A stretch of DNA of 64,000 nt from Octopus sinensis (lineage: Eukaryota), in assembly GCF_006345805.1 (NCBI RefSeq), contig NC_042998.1, positions 95,232,001-95,296,000 on the forward strand, in the 5' to 3' direction. Shown in pieces: positions 26,912 through 39,221 of this stretch. A model generated the notes under the pieces. It was not told the origin of the DNA and did not search any database. It worked only from the letters and a program-made list of their open reading frames with translations. Within the stretch, counting starts at the first letter, position 1, and the number at the start of each line of letters is the position of its first letter. Position numbers and translations under genes: made by a program.

Positions 26912-26972
26912 GATAACTGAAGAGATGGTGACGTGGATTTCCACCTCGGCATCCGAAACTCGGAGTTTTATC
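26912..26972 (+). ncRNA. Type I hammerhead ribozyme motif in a PLE 3' terminal repeat
   Basis: GATAA CTGAAGA GATGGTGACGTGG attt CCACCTCGGCATC c GAAA CTCGGAG TT TTATC; (TA)n begins about 40 nt downstream. Confidence 0.75.
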
Positions 26973-27008
26973 ATAGCTACCGAATAATTGTCACATATTA
27001 TATTTACA

Positions 27009-27072
<64 letters not shown>

Positions 27073-27772
27073 TATATATATATAAATACATACACATCTA
27101 TATATACATATACATATATATATACATCCAAAACTGAACAAAAGCAAACATGAGCGAAGACAGAAAAAGAAAAAGTAAAGTAAAAAGAAAAGGAAGAAGA
27201 GGAAGAAAGAACAAGGAAAAAAAACATGAATACCACACCAAGTACCTCGATTGGTCGCACACCACAAGGTTCAACGGAACCTACTGAAACACGCCAATAC
27301 ACTCGTGGCATTACCACGGGCGATGGCGAGGCTAAGGCATTGAAATAGCCAAGCACCCTCACGACCCGCCAACGATGACAAAATCTTCCCTGTTAGCAGC
27401 CCATCCCCTCCAAACTCTCAAACACAACAGACTGGAAGAAGAGGTTCACTGCCAAATCCCGATACTTAAGGATTCTGTTTCGTTCGGCAACAGGAACAGA
27501 GATCCTTCTATTTACGCGGCATCCAGGATGTGGGAGGAGCATAGGAATCACAGACTGTGACATCTCAGATGAGGTACCTACCTCTTACCCAGTGACATAG
27601 GTTAAAACCAATTGGTCTCTTCCCATCACTTCTGGATAATCCCACCAGATCCAGAACTGAAGGGATATTAACCCGAGCCAGGGCCCTCTTAATGATCAGG
27701 TTTAGTTCGGTGTGATGAACAAAACGACCATCAGCCAGAAGTAACCGTGTAATAACTACAGAATATAAGAAT

Positions 27773-28111
27773 TCTGAAACCCCCTTCGGTCACGACACAG
27801 ACCATGGGATTGTACCTAGAAAGTTACCCTCCCAGGTACAAGTCCAGGCAAGTTTGTTTATGGAAGACCAGCAGTCGCCCATGCATACCGGCCTCCCCTC
27901 TCCACATCACCAGTGTTATCCAAGGGCAAGGCAACGGCCAATACAGCTGGGCACCTGTGACGTTGCAACTCATTTCTACAGCTGAGTAAACTGGAGCAAC
28001 GTGAAATAAAGTGTCTTGATCAAGAACACAACACGCTGCCCGGTCCGGGATTCGAGCTCACAACCTCACGATCGTAAGCTCAACGCTCTAACCCCTGAGC
28101 CATGCGCCTTC
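27773..28111 (-). mobile_element. Full-length tRNA-derived SINE with a 15-bp TSD
   Basis: Head tggctcaggggttagagc...gagctcgaatccc (A/B-box-like); acagaatataagaat duplicated at 27758-27772 and 28112-28126. Confidence 0.88.
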
Positions 28112-29699
28112 ACAGAATATAAGAATAACTACAAAACACAATTAATGAAAACTTATAACCGTGTCCATTACGAATATTGTCGTGTTATTTGATGTTTTTT
28201 TTTTTTAATATGTACTAGAGTCGATTTGACTATAACCATTCAGCATGGCCGCAATCCAATAACTGAAACAAAAAAAAAGGTAACTGAAATTTCACGGGGG
28301 AAAAGAAGGTAGGGAGATAATTTCTAGATATTAAAAATTAGCCTCCCGAAGTTAATTTACAAACTTATGGGAAGTGAATTTGATTATTGTTTGAGTAACA
28401 AGTCGAAGAAATTACTTCAATCACACTCGTTTCACTTGCTAGAAATAGCTGCCAAATTTTCCAAATCCTAAAATAATTCATTCCTGGTTTGTAGGATTTA
28501 TGAAGTACATTTTATCTCCTTCCACATAAATCCTACCTAGCAAGCAACATACCTACTTACCTAGCAACAAACCTACCGAACAAGCAACATACCTACATGT
28601 CTTCCTAAAAACCTACTGTTTACAATGCTAGCTATATGACAACTTAACTATTGTGTCGATTTATCTGTCTGTCGAGGTGTTTAGACATTTTGTTATCTAA
28701 CTCTCACCAGTTATGCAAAGAGCTTGTTAAGTTTTCTAACTGGGTTTCATAAACAGTGAACACTGGGGTGACATTTTTTTCTTCATAACAACCATTGATT
28801 TCCTACGAGACAAGAAAACAAATTCTGTATACTGTTGCTTGATTCAAAAACATGACCTGTCACCATGGTTTTCTGACAGCATGACATGACCTTATAGATT
28901 CTGAGCAAGTTCGCACGGATTTGCTGAATGTTGAATGATGCTGTTGAGAATATCTAAAATAAATAACGCAAAGACTGTCCAATATTTTGACATTCTAAAT
29001 GGATTGTTTGTTCCACTTAGTATCAAAGCAGTGTACGTGACAGGATAAACAAATTACTTGTTAAACAATCTGCAAGCAGTTTTGTAAATCTAAGAAGTAA
29101 TATTCATCTAAAGAGGGCAATGTGGCTTAGTCACTAACACGATTGTTTTGGAGAACTTCGTTAAAGTTCAAAAGATTTCTAAATATCATAGCAACAATGG
29201 GCTGTATACAAAATACGATAAACAATAACGAGGTACTTGTAATTCTAGGTGCGTCCTTTCAACCTCGCCATCACAATGAAAACCCAGAACACCTTCAGGT
29301 AGTGAGTGAAAGATATCGCCTACAATACCTGGAGGAAATGAATCACCATTTACATATGTGGATTGTTCATTACCAATCACCCCCAACGCATTCATAAGCA
29401 ACATATTTCAAGCTTTAAAATTCGCTACAATCGTTAGATATCATAATAGGTGACAATCATTCAAAAATGTTCCTCATACATTCTGTCAATGTTAACTAAT
29501 ATTTCAGCCCTTATTGGTTGCTGAGCTCAATCCTTACTCTCTACGAAGCTGAAGAACTCACATCGGGAATGGTGTTGCTCAGAGCCTCCAAAAAGAAATT
29601 TACTTATGGCTCATGGGAGGAATTTTACTCAAAATTCAAGACTGTGGTTGGTTTGGAGGGAGGGTGAAAATAATAACATGCTCTAATCTTGGCCTTATC

Positions 29700-30560
29700 G
29701 CCTGAACCTTTCAGTAACAGGCTCCGGTGTTGCTGTTACACAAGCAAATATCCTGGACTGCATCCAAAAGTAATTCGTCTAATTCACACACCAACATGCT
29801 ACAGCCACTAATTCAGAGATGTGATGTATCTTCTCGCTGTCTCTACTACTACAACAGCCGTAGAACCAGTTATACGAATTCTCACTCCACACAAACCTAC
29901 CTATGTATTCGTCTGTTTTCCTCTCGTCAGTTCTACTGAATCTCGCCTCGCATGTAAATCCCATTTTAAACACTTTTAATGTTTGTTCCTAGAATAGCTT
30001 TTCTCGTGAATTTCTTCTTCACCAACTTTTTCAGCTGATGTCCAACAGATTGTTCAACTGAACATTACTATCATTAATTTCATCTGTCTGCGAGAGCCTG
30101 AAATGCTCACTTACACTTCTCTTCCTTTGTTGCATGACTACATAAGACACCTATCTTTTAATAATTTCTTCACGGCATCTCTACAACTGGTCTTTTTCTC
30201 TAAGACCAGAGTTTACTTCAGCTCCCAGCAATCATTGATTCTCAACGAAACTCAGGCGAGGCTCTCAATAGAGCATTGCTCCCACATCTGGGATAGTGCT
30301 ACAGCTGCACTCATAGACACCCTTGTTTGCCTCCAGAAAAAGCCACTCAACATATCTGTATTAAGTCACCGACACACCCCAGTCTCTAGTCAACATGTGC
30401 ACTCTATCCACACATTGCTTTTCTATTGCTACAATCAATGACCTTTGTCCTTCGAAAGTGGCTGAGATCATCACTCCCATTCAAGCATTCTCCACTCACT
30501 CGTTTTCCCTCCTTTCTTTACTCTTGTTGGGTCTGCCACACTTAGACCCAGCGCTAAACA
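29700..30560 (+). mobile_element. Decayed 3' ORF2 fragments of CR1/L2-group LINEs
   Basis: QARLSIEHCSHIWDSA..IDTLVCLQKK..LSHRH and LFYCYN..LCPS resemble the post-RT EYCSHIW/LSHRR motifs; many frameshifts. Confidence 0.5.
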
Positions 30561-30944
30561 TTTTACATTCAGTCCTTTTTATTGAACTGTTTCTTTACAA
30601 AGATTTAAGAGGGACTTTAAAGGCATCAATCTCTCCAGTCCTAGAGGACCTACGAAATTCCATTGGTGCTGCTGCTTTCAGCAAATACAAAGAAAAGATT
30701 GAGGATATAAAATGTACTCAACCAAACAATATCGATACATTTTGATTAGGATCGAACCGATATTGAGAATGTATTTTGTCGACTGATTAAATCTCAGGGT
30801 ATTGTTTCTGGTTTAGTAACAAGGTCAGTAAATTTTGAAGGGATTTATTATTCGATATCATTGACTCCAGTACTTGGCTTGTACTTCATTTTAACCCTTC
30901 ATTTATGCTGATTTACATTCTTTCAGCCCTTGTTTACATATAAG

Positions 30945-31952
30945 GGATCTTTACGTTTTGACCGGCAGTTTTAGAAAATAATTTTTTGTAACTAAACACT
31001 TTCAAATTTCGTATACTGGTAGAATGTGTCATATAAAACATCTTTTACTCTTAGCGTTTTTGAGAAAAGTTTATATTGACGAATTTATTTCGTGTTAAAG
31101 TTCTCGTATTTCAATAATTTCAACCAATCAATGACGTGTATTCAGTTGAATAAAATTACTGCCGTTGTTTGTCAACAACTATCGGCGGTGTATTTTTCGT
31201 TTGTCACTGTTATTTATGACATCGTTCGTGCGTTTGTACTGGTTTTAGCTTTAAGGTTTTAGGGTTAGGGTTTTAGGATTAGGGTTGGGGTCAGGGTGTT
31301 AGGGCTAGGGTTAGGATTTTATGGTTAGGGCTAGGATTTTAGGGTTTAGGGTTAGGTTAGGGTTTTAGGGTTAGGGTTAGGGTTTAGGATTGGGGTTTTA
31401 GAGTTAGGGTTAGAGTTTAAGGGTTAGGGCTTGAGTTTTAGGGTTAGGGTTAGGGTTGGAGTTTTAGGGTTAGGGTTGGTGTTTTAGGGTTAGAGTTGCG
31501 GGAAAAAATGAAAAATGAAGAAATTGGAGGTGTAAGGGTAGGGGGCAAAAAAGTCTTTCCGAAAATAGTAGCTGAAAAACAGTAGAAATGCACAAACGAT
31601 TATGGTGGTGCCATGAAGTAAACACGCTTCAGATACACTCGTTTATTCATACAAATGTAACTGAGATGAAATATGTCATAAATAACAGTGACAAACGAAA
31701 TATACACCGTCGGAAGTTCTTGTTGACAAACAACAGCAGTAATTTTATTCAGCTGAATACACGTCATTGATTGGTTGAAATTAACGAATACGACAACTTT
31801 AACATGAAATAACTTCGTCAATATAAACTTTTCTCAACAACGCTAAGAGTAAAAGATGTTTTATATGATACATTCTACCAGTATACGAAGTTTGAAAGTG
31901 ATTAGTTACAAAAAATTATTTTCTAAAACTGCCGGTCAAAACGTAAATATCC
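30945..31952. mobile_element. MITE-like DNA element with ~270-bp TIRs enclosing degenerate (TTAGGG/TTTTAGGG)n
   Basis: ggatctttacgttttgaccggcagtttt / aaaactgccggtcaaaacgtaaatatcc; telomere-like array at 31240-31500. Confidence 0.85.
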
Positions 31953-31967
31953 CTTATATGTAAGTAC

Positions 31968-32019
<52 letters not shown>

Positions 32020-32810
32020 CGTGATCGCTGTGACCGACCAGGCTATCAGATGTTGCTACACATCGCTGGTCACAATGCGCTTCGCATTGTTTTTTAGCCT
32101 TCAAATGACGCCACCCCGTTGGCTAAGCGAGCAGGCCAATACATACATATATATATATATAATATATATATATATTATATATATATATATATATAAATTT
32201 TGTACGACTCTCTTTTTCTTTCATTCTTTCTTTCTATCAGCCCTTTCACACTTACTTCGTTCTTTCCACTCTTCTTTCTTTCTTTCCCCCTCTCACATTT
32301 CCTGGCTTTCTCTTTATTCTCACCTTCCTTCCTCTTTCACTTCACTCCGTCACTTTTTCTTTTTTTCTCGTCCCTCCCTAATTCTTTTGTCTCTCTACCT
32401 CTACCACTCTCCTCTCTCACCACGTGACCGGTGTTCGACCAAGCCTGACATTTCTTTTTTGGTTCGACTATCATCCGTGCAACATCTATATTCCTCATCT
32501 CTTATGTCCCTGTCGTAAGGCATCACTTCCACACACGCCAGCTTAATTTAATTTGTTCTTAGTCAAAAGACACCTGTTGTTATGTCCTGTTATTTGCATT
32601 TGTATTTGTGTACCATTTCTCCGTTTATTTTTCCGTCCTTGTTTTCGTATACATTCGCTGATTTCTTCCGAGGAATATATTGCCCTTAGATTAGTTTTAA
32701 CCAGCCGAAATTGCAAAGAAAATCTGGAACTCGATTGAGGAAAGAAAACTTCGAATGACCCGTCCGTGTTTTTTTTTCTTGTTCCTTTTTTGTATTCCTT
32801 TCATATATAT

Positions 32811-32864
<54 letters not shown>

Positions 32865-32869
32865 CAATG

Positions 32870-34470
32870 GGGAAGGCCGGTTTCTGGGATTACCTTAGAT
32901 TTCCTGTCCATAAAGCGCATTCATCTATGCATAACATTTGCAACGCTTCGTCCCGCTGATGTAGAGGCCTGGGTTCTCGAAGATTTTCAATGAGATTGAG
33001 TATGGAATCCTATTATCTCTTAGTTTCCAGACGTGGCTGGCCAGTAATGTTACGTATCTCCTTTCCGGAACTCTGAAGGAGGACATTTGGTTGGAGAGAC
33101 GTTGCTTGAGTTTCCGGAATATTCGATGCATCTCCGTAGGCGTGTGTTGTCGGCGCTGTCTCTGTATTTGCTGGTGTTGTTGCTGTTACTGCCGCCGACA
33201 TCGATGTTGTTGGGGGCTGGGACTGTTGGTGTTGGTGCCACTAGGGGCGGTGGTGGTAGTGGTGATGGTGGTAGCCTCGGTAATGACATCGCGACTGTCG
33301 GTTATAGTGAAGGTGCAATAGATGCCCGGTGAGAAGCCACTGCGAAACAAAAAAAGATCGTCTATGAAGCCGAAGTACTAGCATACCCTGGCAATACCAC
33401 CGGTAGAAGCAGTAGCAGCCGTAGGTACGAGAACAGAACCAGCAACGCCGCCACCATCACCACAGTTAACATTATCAATAATAACAATAACAGCACCAGC
33501 GACAGCATTAGCAGCTCCCCCGACGGCATCGACAGCAGTAACAACAACAGCAACATCGCCATCAGCAGCAGCATTACTGACAACTTCCCTAACGTCCGCA
33601 GTAGCAGACCTGACAACACCTATAGCAGCAGTAACAGGTCCAGTACCACCGTCAGCAATAACGGCAACAGCCGCAGCAGTGACAGTGGCCCTAGTAGAAA
33701 CACCAATGGAACCACAGGTAATGATACCTCTAGCAATAATAGTGACTCTCGCACCAATAGCGAGGACCACAATAACAATAACACCACCTTCACCATAACC
33801 TGCAGTGGTGATACCATTACCGACGCCGCCACCACCACCACCACCTCCAGCGACATCAGCACCAACAGTCCTAGCCCAAGAAACATCGATGACGGCAGCA
33901 GAAACAACGACAACACCAGCAGATACAGAGACAGCGCCGACAACACACGCCTACGGAGATACATCGAATATTCCGGGAACCCTTTCAAGCAACGTTTCTC
34001 CAACCACAGGTCCTCCTTCAGAGTTCTGGAAAGGAGATATGTAACATCATTGGCCAGCCACGTCTGGCAACTAAGAGACAATGGGATTCCATACTCGATC
34101 TCATGGAAAATCCTCGAGAACTCAGGCCTCTACATCAATGGGACGAAGCATTGCAAGTTATGAATAGCTGAATGTGCGAGAATCCTAAAGGACTCACTTG
34201 AACCAGGAACGTACTTAACTCTTGAACGGAAATTTTCGGACCATGTTTACATTGCAGGAGGTTCCTTCTAGCCTTTTGGAGCCCACACGATAGCAACACA
34301 GCCCGAAGTCGATAGCCAATAGGAAACGGAGATAATCCCCAATTATTACCTTTGAGTAGTGAGGCATTTCCTCCTCCATATTTTTAAGAGGTCTTGTGTC
34401 AACAGGTTTTAGGATCTGAAGACACGCCATAAAGCTAAACCCATTATGGACGGGAAACCTAAAGTAATCC
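32870..34470 (+). mobile_element. 5'-truncated Penelope-like element: GIY-YIG domain (33320-34290, +), HHR-bearing 3' end, and an inverted partial duplicate (32870-33316, -), between (TA)n tracts
   Basis: CPVRSHC..IVYEAEV ... YIEYSGNPFKQRFSNHRSSFR..TSLASHVWQLRD..ISWKILE..CKL*IAE..EIFGPCLH; the inverted copy aligns to about 33786-34178. Confidence 0.85.
34412..34470 (+). ncRNA. Type I hammerhead ribozyme motif downstream of the GIY-YIG ORF
   Basis: GGAT CTGAAGA cacgCCATAA..TTATGGacgg GAAA CCTAAAG TA ATCC. Confidence 0.7.
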
Positions 34471-34538
34471 CATTTTTAATATAATATATACTGCTCTACA
34501 TCTTAGAGTGTGTTCTTCTTCGGACTTGTTTTTTACCG

Positions 34539-34594
<56 letters not shown>

Positions 34595-34595
<1 letters not shown>

Positions 34596-34844
34596 TTTTA
34601 TTTGTTTCAGTCATTTGACTGCGGCCATGCCGGAGCACCGCCTTTAGTCGGACAAATCGACACCAGGACTTATTCTTTGTAAGCCTAGTACTCATTCTAT
34701 CGGCCTCTTTTGCCGAGTAGCTAAGTTACGGGGACGTACACACATCAGCATCAGTTGTCAAGCGATGGTGGGAGGACAAACACAGAGCCACAGGCATACA
34801 CACACACACATACGCACACACACACACACACACCACACACACAC

Positions 34845-34880
<36 letters not shown>

Positions 34881-35030
34881 GACGGGCTTCTTTCAGTTTC
34901 TGTCTACCAAATCCACTCACAAGGCTTTGGTCGGCCCCAAGCTAAAATAGAAGACACTTGCCCAAGGTGTCACTCAGTGGGACTGAACCCAGAACCATGT
35001 GGCTGGGAAGCAAGCTACTTACCACACATC
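34595..35030 (-). mobile_element. SINE family A copy
   Basis: Full head-body-tail with internal (CA)n(TA)n. Confidence 0.88.
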
Positions 35031-35037
35031 CATTACT

Positions 35038-35073
<36 letters not shown>

Positions 35074-35296
35074 ATCAATATAGGGTGGCAAAAAAAATTT
35101 TGTAGAATTTTTTTGCCACCAGCGGCCTAGTGGGAAAAAATTAAATAGTCATAGACCATTTTTAAGTTCAACATCAACAATCAAGGAACGGCCATAATAG
35201 GCCATTCACCCACTAGAAATAACAGCCAAAGCTTCAACCGCAAATAAAAGTCAATTCCGTAAACCAGGAGAAAATTTAAAAAACATTTACCCTGTA

Positions 35297-35403
35297 ATTT
35301 CTTATACGATGCACCGTTTCATCTGCTGTTTAATGGTAAACTAACCTGATTAAATTAAATCAAGCCAATCTTCCATAGGCCCTCAGATTCTTCAGTAAGA
35401 AAT
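35297..35403 (-). ncRNA. Intact type I hammerhead ribozyme (inverted copy)
   Basis: Reverse complement of the motif at 35799-35905. Confidence 0.85.
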
Positions 35404-35798
35404 AGCCCAAGTCGGAACAGATATTTTCACGAGGCATTTCCGACCCTGGTTTAAGGAATTGACTTTTATTTGCGGTTGAAGCTTTGGCTGTTATTTCTAG
35501 TGGGTGAATGGCCTATTATGGCCGTTCCTTGATTGTTGATGTTGAACTTAAAAATGGTCTATGACTATTTATTTTTTCCCACTAGGGCTGGTGGCAAAAA
35601 AATTCTACAAAATTTTTTTTGCCACCCTATATTGATTAATTATGAATTTTCTGGTTAATTCCGTAATGGAATCGACGGCTTATATTTATTTGCTGCCGAT
35701 AAATTTGGCGCGAGTGCGATGATTTGAAAATTTTAGGTCAGATATTACCTTGGCAGGGTCGGAAATGCCTCGTGAAAATATCTGTTCCGACTTGGGCT

Positions 35799-35905
35799 AT
35801 TTCTTACTGAAGAATCTGAGGGCCTATGGAAGATTGGCTTGATTTAATTTAATCAGGTTAGTTTACCATTAAACAGCAGATGAAACGGTGCATCGTATAA
35901 GAAAT
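35799..35905 (+). ncRNA. Intact type I hammerhead ribozyme, predicted cleavage after 35897
   Basis: ATTTCTTA CTGAAGA ATCTG [long G:U-rich hairpin] CAGAT GAAA CGGTGCATCG TA TAAGAAAT: 8-bp stem I, 5-bp stem II base, self-complementary stem III, GUA triplet. Confidence 0.88.
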
Positions 35906-36290
35906 TACAGGGTAAATGTTTTTTAAATTTTCTCCTGGTTTACAGAATTGACTTTTATTTGCGGTTGAAGCTTTGGCTGTTATTTCTAGTGGGTGAATGG
36001 CCTATTATGGCCGTTCCTTGATTGTTGATGTTGAACTTAAAAATGGTCTATGACTATTTAATTTTTTCCCACTAGGCCGCTGGTGGCAAAAAAATTCTAC
36101 AAAATTTTTTTTGCCACCCTATATTGATTAATTATGAATTTTCTGGTTAATTCCGTAATGGAATCGACGGCTTATATTTATTTGCTGCCGATAAATTTGG
36201 CGCGAGTGCGATGATTTGAAAATTTTAGGTCAGATATTACCTTGGCAGGGTCGGAAATGCCTCGTGAAAATATCTGTTCCGACTTGGGCT

Positions 36291-36397
36291 ATTTCTTACT
36301 GAAGAATCTGAGGGCCTATGGAAGATTGGCTTGATTTAATTTAATCAGGTTAGTTTACCATTAAACAGCAGATGAAACGGTGCATCGTATAAGAAAT
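36291..36397 (+). ncRNA. Intact type I hammerhead ribozyme, predicted cleavage after 36389
   Basis: Same motif as 35799-35905, 492 nt downstream. Confidence 0.88.
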
Positions 36398-36520
36398 TAC
36401 AGGTAAATGTTTTTTAAAATTTTCTCCTGGTTTACGGAATTGACTTTTATTTGCGGTTGTTGAAGCTTTGGCTGTTATTTCTAGTGGGTGAATGGCCTAT
36501 TATGGCCGTTCCTTGATTGT

Positions 36521-36584
<64 letters not shown>

Positions 36585-36613
36585 ATATATATATATGTAT
36601 GTGTTTGTGTGTG

Positions 36614-36644
<31 letters not shown>

Positions 36645-36654
36645 TTTTTTTTTT

Positions 36655-36910
36655 CTAGTTTCAGCTCAGAGCTGCGGCCATGCTGATGCACCGCCGTTTT
36701 GTGCTACACTGTTATTACGACGAACCTCGTCTAATATGTGGCACTTGGTGAAGAATGGAGTTTGATACAGCTACTCTCATTTGCACCTCTTGCCGTGAGG
36801 TAGGTTCATCTGGGACTCTTGACAGGAAGATGTCCAGCTTTGATTTAAAAACAGCTACATCTACTTTGTGCAAGTTCCTCAGACTCTTGGGAGAATATTA
36901 AAAAGCTGTA
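36655..36910 (-). mobile_element. 3' end of the CR1/L2-like LINE also present at 56315-57512
   Basis: Shares ctcatttgcacctc..gccg.ga.gtag.ttcatctg.gactct and the tail cagcatggccgcagctctgagctgaaac. Confidence 0.75.
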
Positions 36911-36970
<60 letters not shown>

Positions 36971-37105
36971 TAATTGTATACTATTTATTTATTATTTCGT
37001 ATTTTATTTAGTTCTAGGTAAATATTTTATCGCATCTTTATTTTTTTCTATATGCTATGATTTAAGTATATCATTGTTGAATTGCTACATGGTGGTTCTT
37101 CTCTA

Positions 37106-37175
<70 letters not shown>

Positions 37176-37179
37176 TCTC

Positions 37180-37540
37180 AGTTGTTTCAGTCATGTGACT
37201 GCGGCCATGCTGGAGTACCATCTTTAGTCGAACAAATCGACCCCAGTACTTATTCTATCAGTCTCTTCTGCCGAATCGCTAGGTTTCAGGGGCATAAACA
37301 CACCAACATCGGTTGTCAAGCATGATGGGGGGACAAACACAGGCACACAATTACACTCACGCACACACACATACACACACACACACACATACAACGGGAT
37401 TCTTTCAGTTTTCCATCTACCAAATCCACTCACAAGTCTTTGGTCGGCCTCAGGCTAGAGTAGAAGACACTTGCCCAAGGTACCACGCAGTCGGACTGAA
37501 CCCGGAACCATGTGGTTGGGAAGCAAGCTCCTTACCACAC
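37180..37540 (-). mobile_element. SINE family A copy
   Basis: Head-body-tail homology to 23925-24315. Confidence 0.85.
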
Positions 37541-39163
37541 ATACATGTGTGCGTGTTTGGTAAGGAGCTTGGTGTCACTAGGGTGGTGGTGGTGTGTGTG
37601 TGTATTTTATGTATATATTTCCTATACCACAGAGATTCTCGAGTTTTTTCTACCAGTGTACCCCAGTTATGTCCCATATTGCGCGATAGTTGGAGTACAA
37701 AAAACAGATAACAGTGGAAGCCATGTTTACTACCTTTTTCTTTACAGACCTCGCGAACCCCTGTAGGGTTCTCTTGCTTACCCCTAGTGTTGCCCTACCT
37801 TGTAGTGAGAACACCTGTGGTACAATTTTAGTATGGTCTCTTGTAAATAACTTGTGTAGTCTTATAATGCGAATTATGATTGTTGGAAGAAGAGAAGGGT
37901 TTCTTAAATATGTCCTAATAGGAAATATACATTTCCGTCACGGAACTTCAAGCAGTTAGTCTACTTGATTGATGGAAGAAAAGCAAAATGCATTTAACTG
38001 AGTGTTATTTGAAAACTTGGAGATGTGAATGTATGAGTGTCAAAGCTGTAATACCTGTTTGAAAACCGGATTTGTGATGAGTCAGCGTAAGAGGTATAAA
38101 ATGACATAGATATCACTCCACTTCAAATGAATATATAGCTACATGGAGACATTACATGCGTACTTAGTCTCACTGTGAAATTAGTTCCACAGGAGCCAAG
38201 GGTTTTTCTGCTACCTGGAATGAAAAACGAACCGATCGGTTTCGCTCTTAGTTTAAAAAAAAATCAAGATTCACTGAGAAGGTGGCGAAAGATCCCTCAT
38301 GGACGTAAATTTCATAACGAGTTCAAATACATGTGGATTCCATATATGATCCCTATTATTTATTCATAATCCACTAGATGGGTTGACAAATATGCAATGA
38401 GAAAAGCCATAATTACGTTGTTGTTGTTGTTGTTGTGGCGGCGACAGCAGTGGTGGTGATTTAGTTGCAGATCATCATTCGTTGAGCATATATATCTATG
38501 TCGTGATCATCCAGGCTTTTCACGCAGAGTTCATCAAGGACTACATTCAACATGTCTTTCCATTTCCACTTTTTTTAAAGACTGCAAATCATAAGTCGAA
38601 GGAGATTTGGCTGCTATTTCTAGGCTATCGAAATACCACGAAATGGCTCTTTCCTTGACTCGAGCCATGATACGTAGTGATTGTTTAAGATAGCGACAAA
38701 CGACATCATAGGAATGGAAATAATGTTGGCTGTTCTAAATACGGAACATGAAATAATGAAAGAACGCTTGATTGTTTGGAGGTTAGTGGAAATTGGAGAA
38801 GAGGAGAAAGACTGGCTGGAAGTAGTTCTTACTGATGTTTAAATATAAGAAACAACTGATGGGTAGAGAGAGCAAGCGAATGAGTGAGAGAGAAGGAGAG
38901 AGAGACAGAGACAGAGACAGACAGAGAGGGAGAGAGAGAGAGAGCAGAGTAGACTATAGACTGTAGAAATTATTAATGCTGACGATGCATTATCAGTGAC
39001 ATATTCTGGAAAATATCTCCCGGATATTTTAAGGGCATGTTTATAAAATCATATATGTTTACTCTGTCTTCGTCTGCAAGTAATATGTCGAGGAGAAGTC
39101 AACCTAGCACAATACATCCCATTCTAGAACAAATGCTTATGACGCACGCGCACACACACACAC

Positions 39164-39221
<58 letters not shown>

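Larger units (their letters stand above)
35070..36523 (+). mobile_element. ORF-less 492-bp HHR repeat (retrozyme/PLE-pLTR type): inverted partial unit (35070-35448) plus about 2.2 direct tandem units, inserted in (TA)n
   Basis: Direct period of 492 bp (CTGAAGA at 35807 and 36299); an inverted copy; (TA)n on both flanks; no ORF of 60 aa or more inside. Confidence 0.9.

Noticed and set aside
27990-28111. tRNA-like sequences here and at other SINE heads as tRNA genes
   Set aside because: They continue into SINE bodies with TSDs, and I could not build a complete cloverleaf.
31240-31500. TTAGGG arrays as a true telomere or chromosome fusion site
   Set aside because: Short, degenerate and enclosed by TIRs of a multi-copy element.
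33362-34081. Leu/Val-rich, transmembrane-like ORFs on the minus strand
   Set aside because: Antisense shadows of the AAC/AGC/ACC-rich GIY-YIG insert.
34152-34163. In-frame TGA at the second Cys of the CxxC motif (CKL*), suggesting selenocysteine as reported for some Naiad PLEs
   Set aside because: The inverted duplicate has TGC at this position and the 26-kb relative has CGLC. This copy has other frameshifts and I see no SECIS, so a nonsense mutation is more likely.
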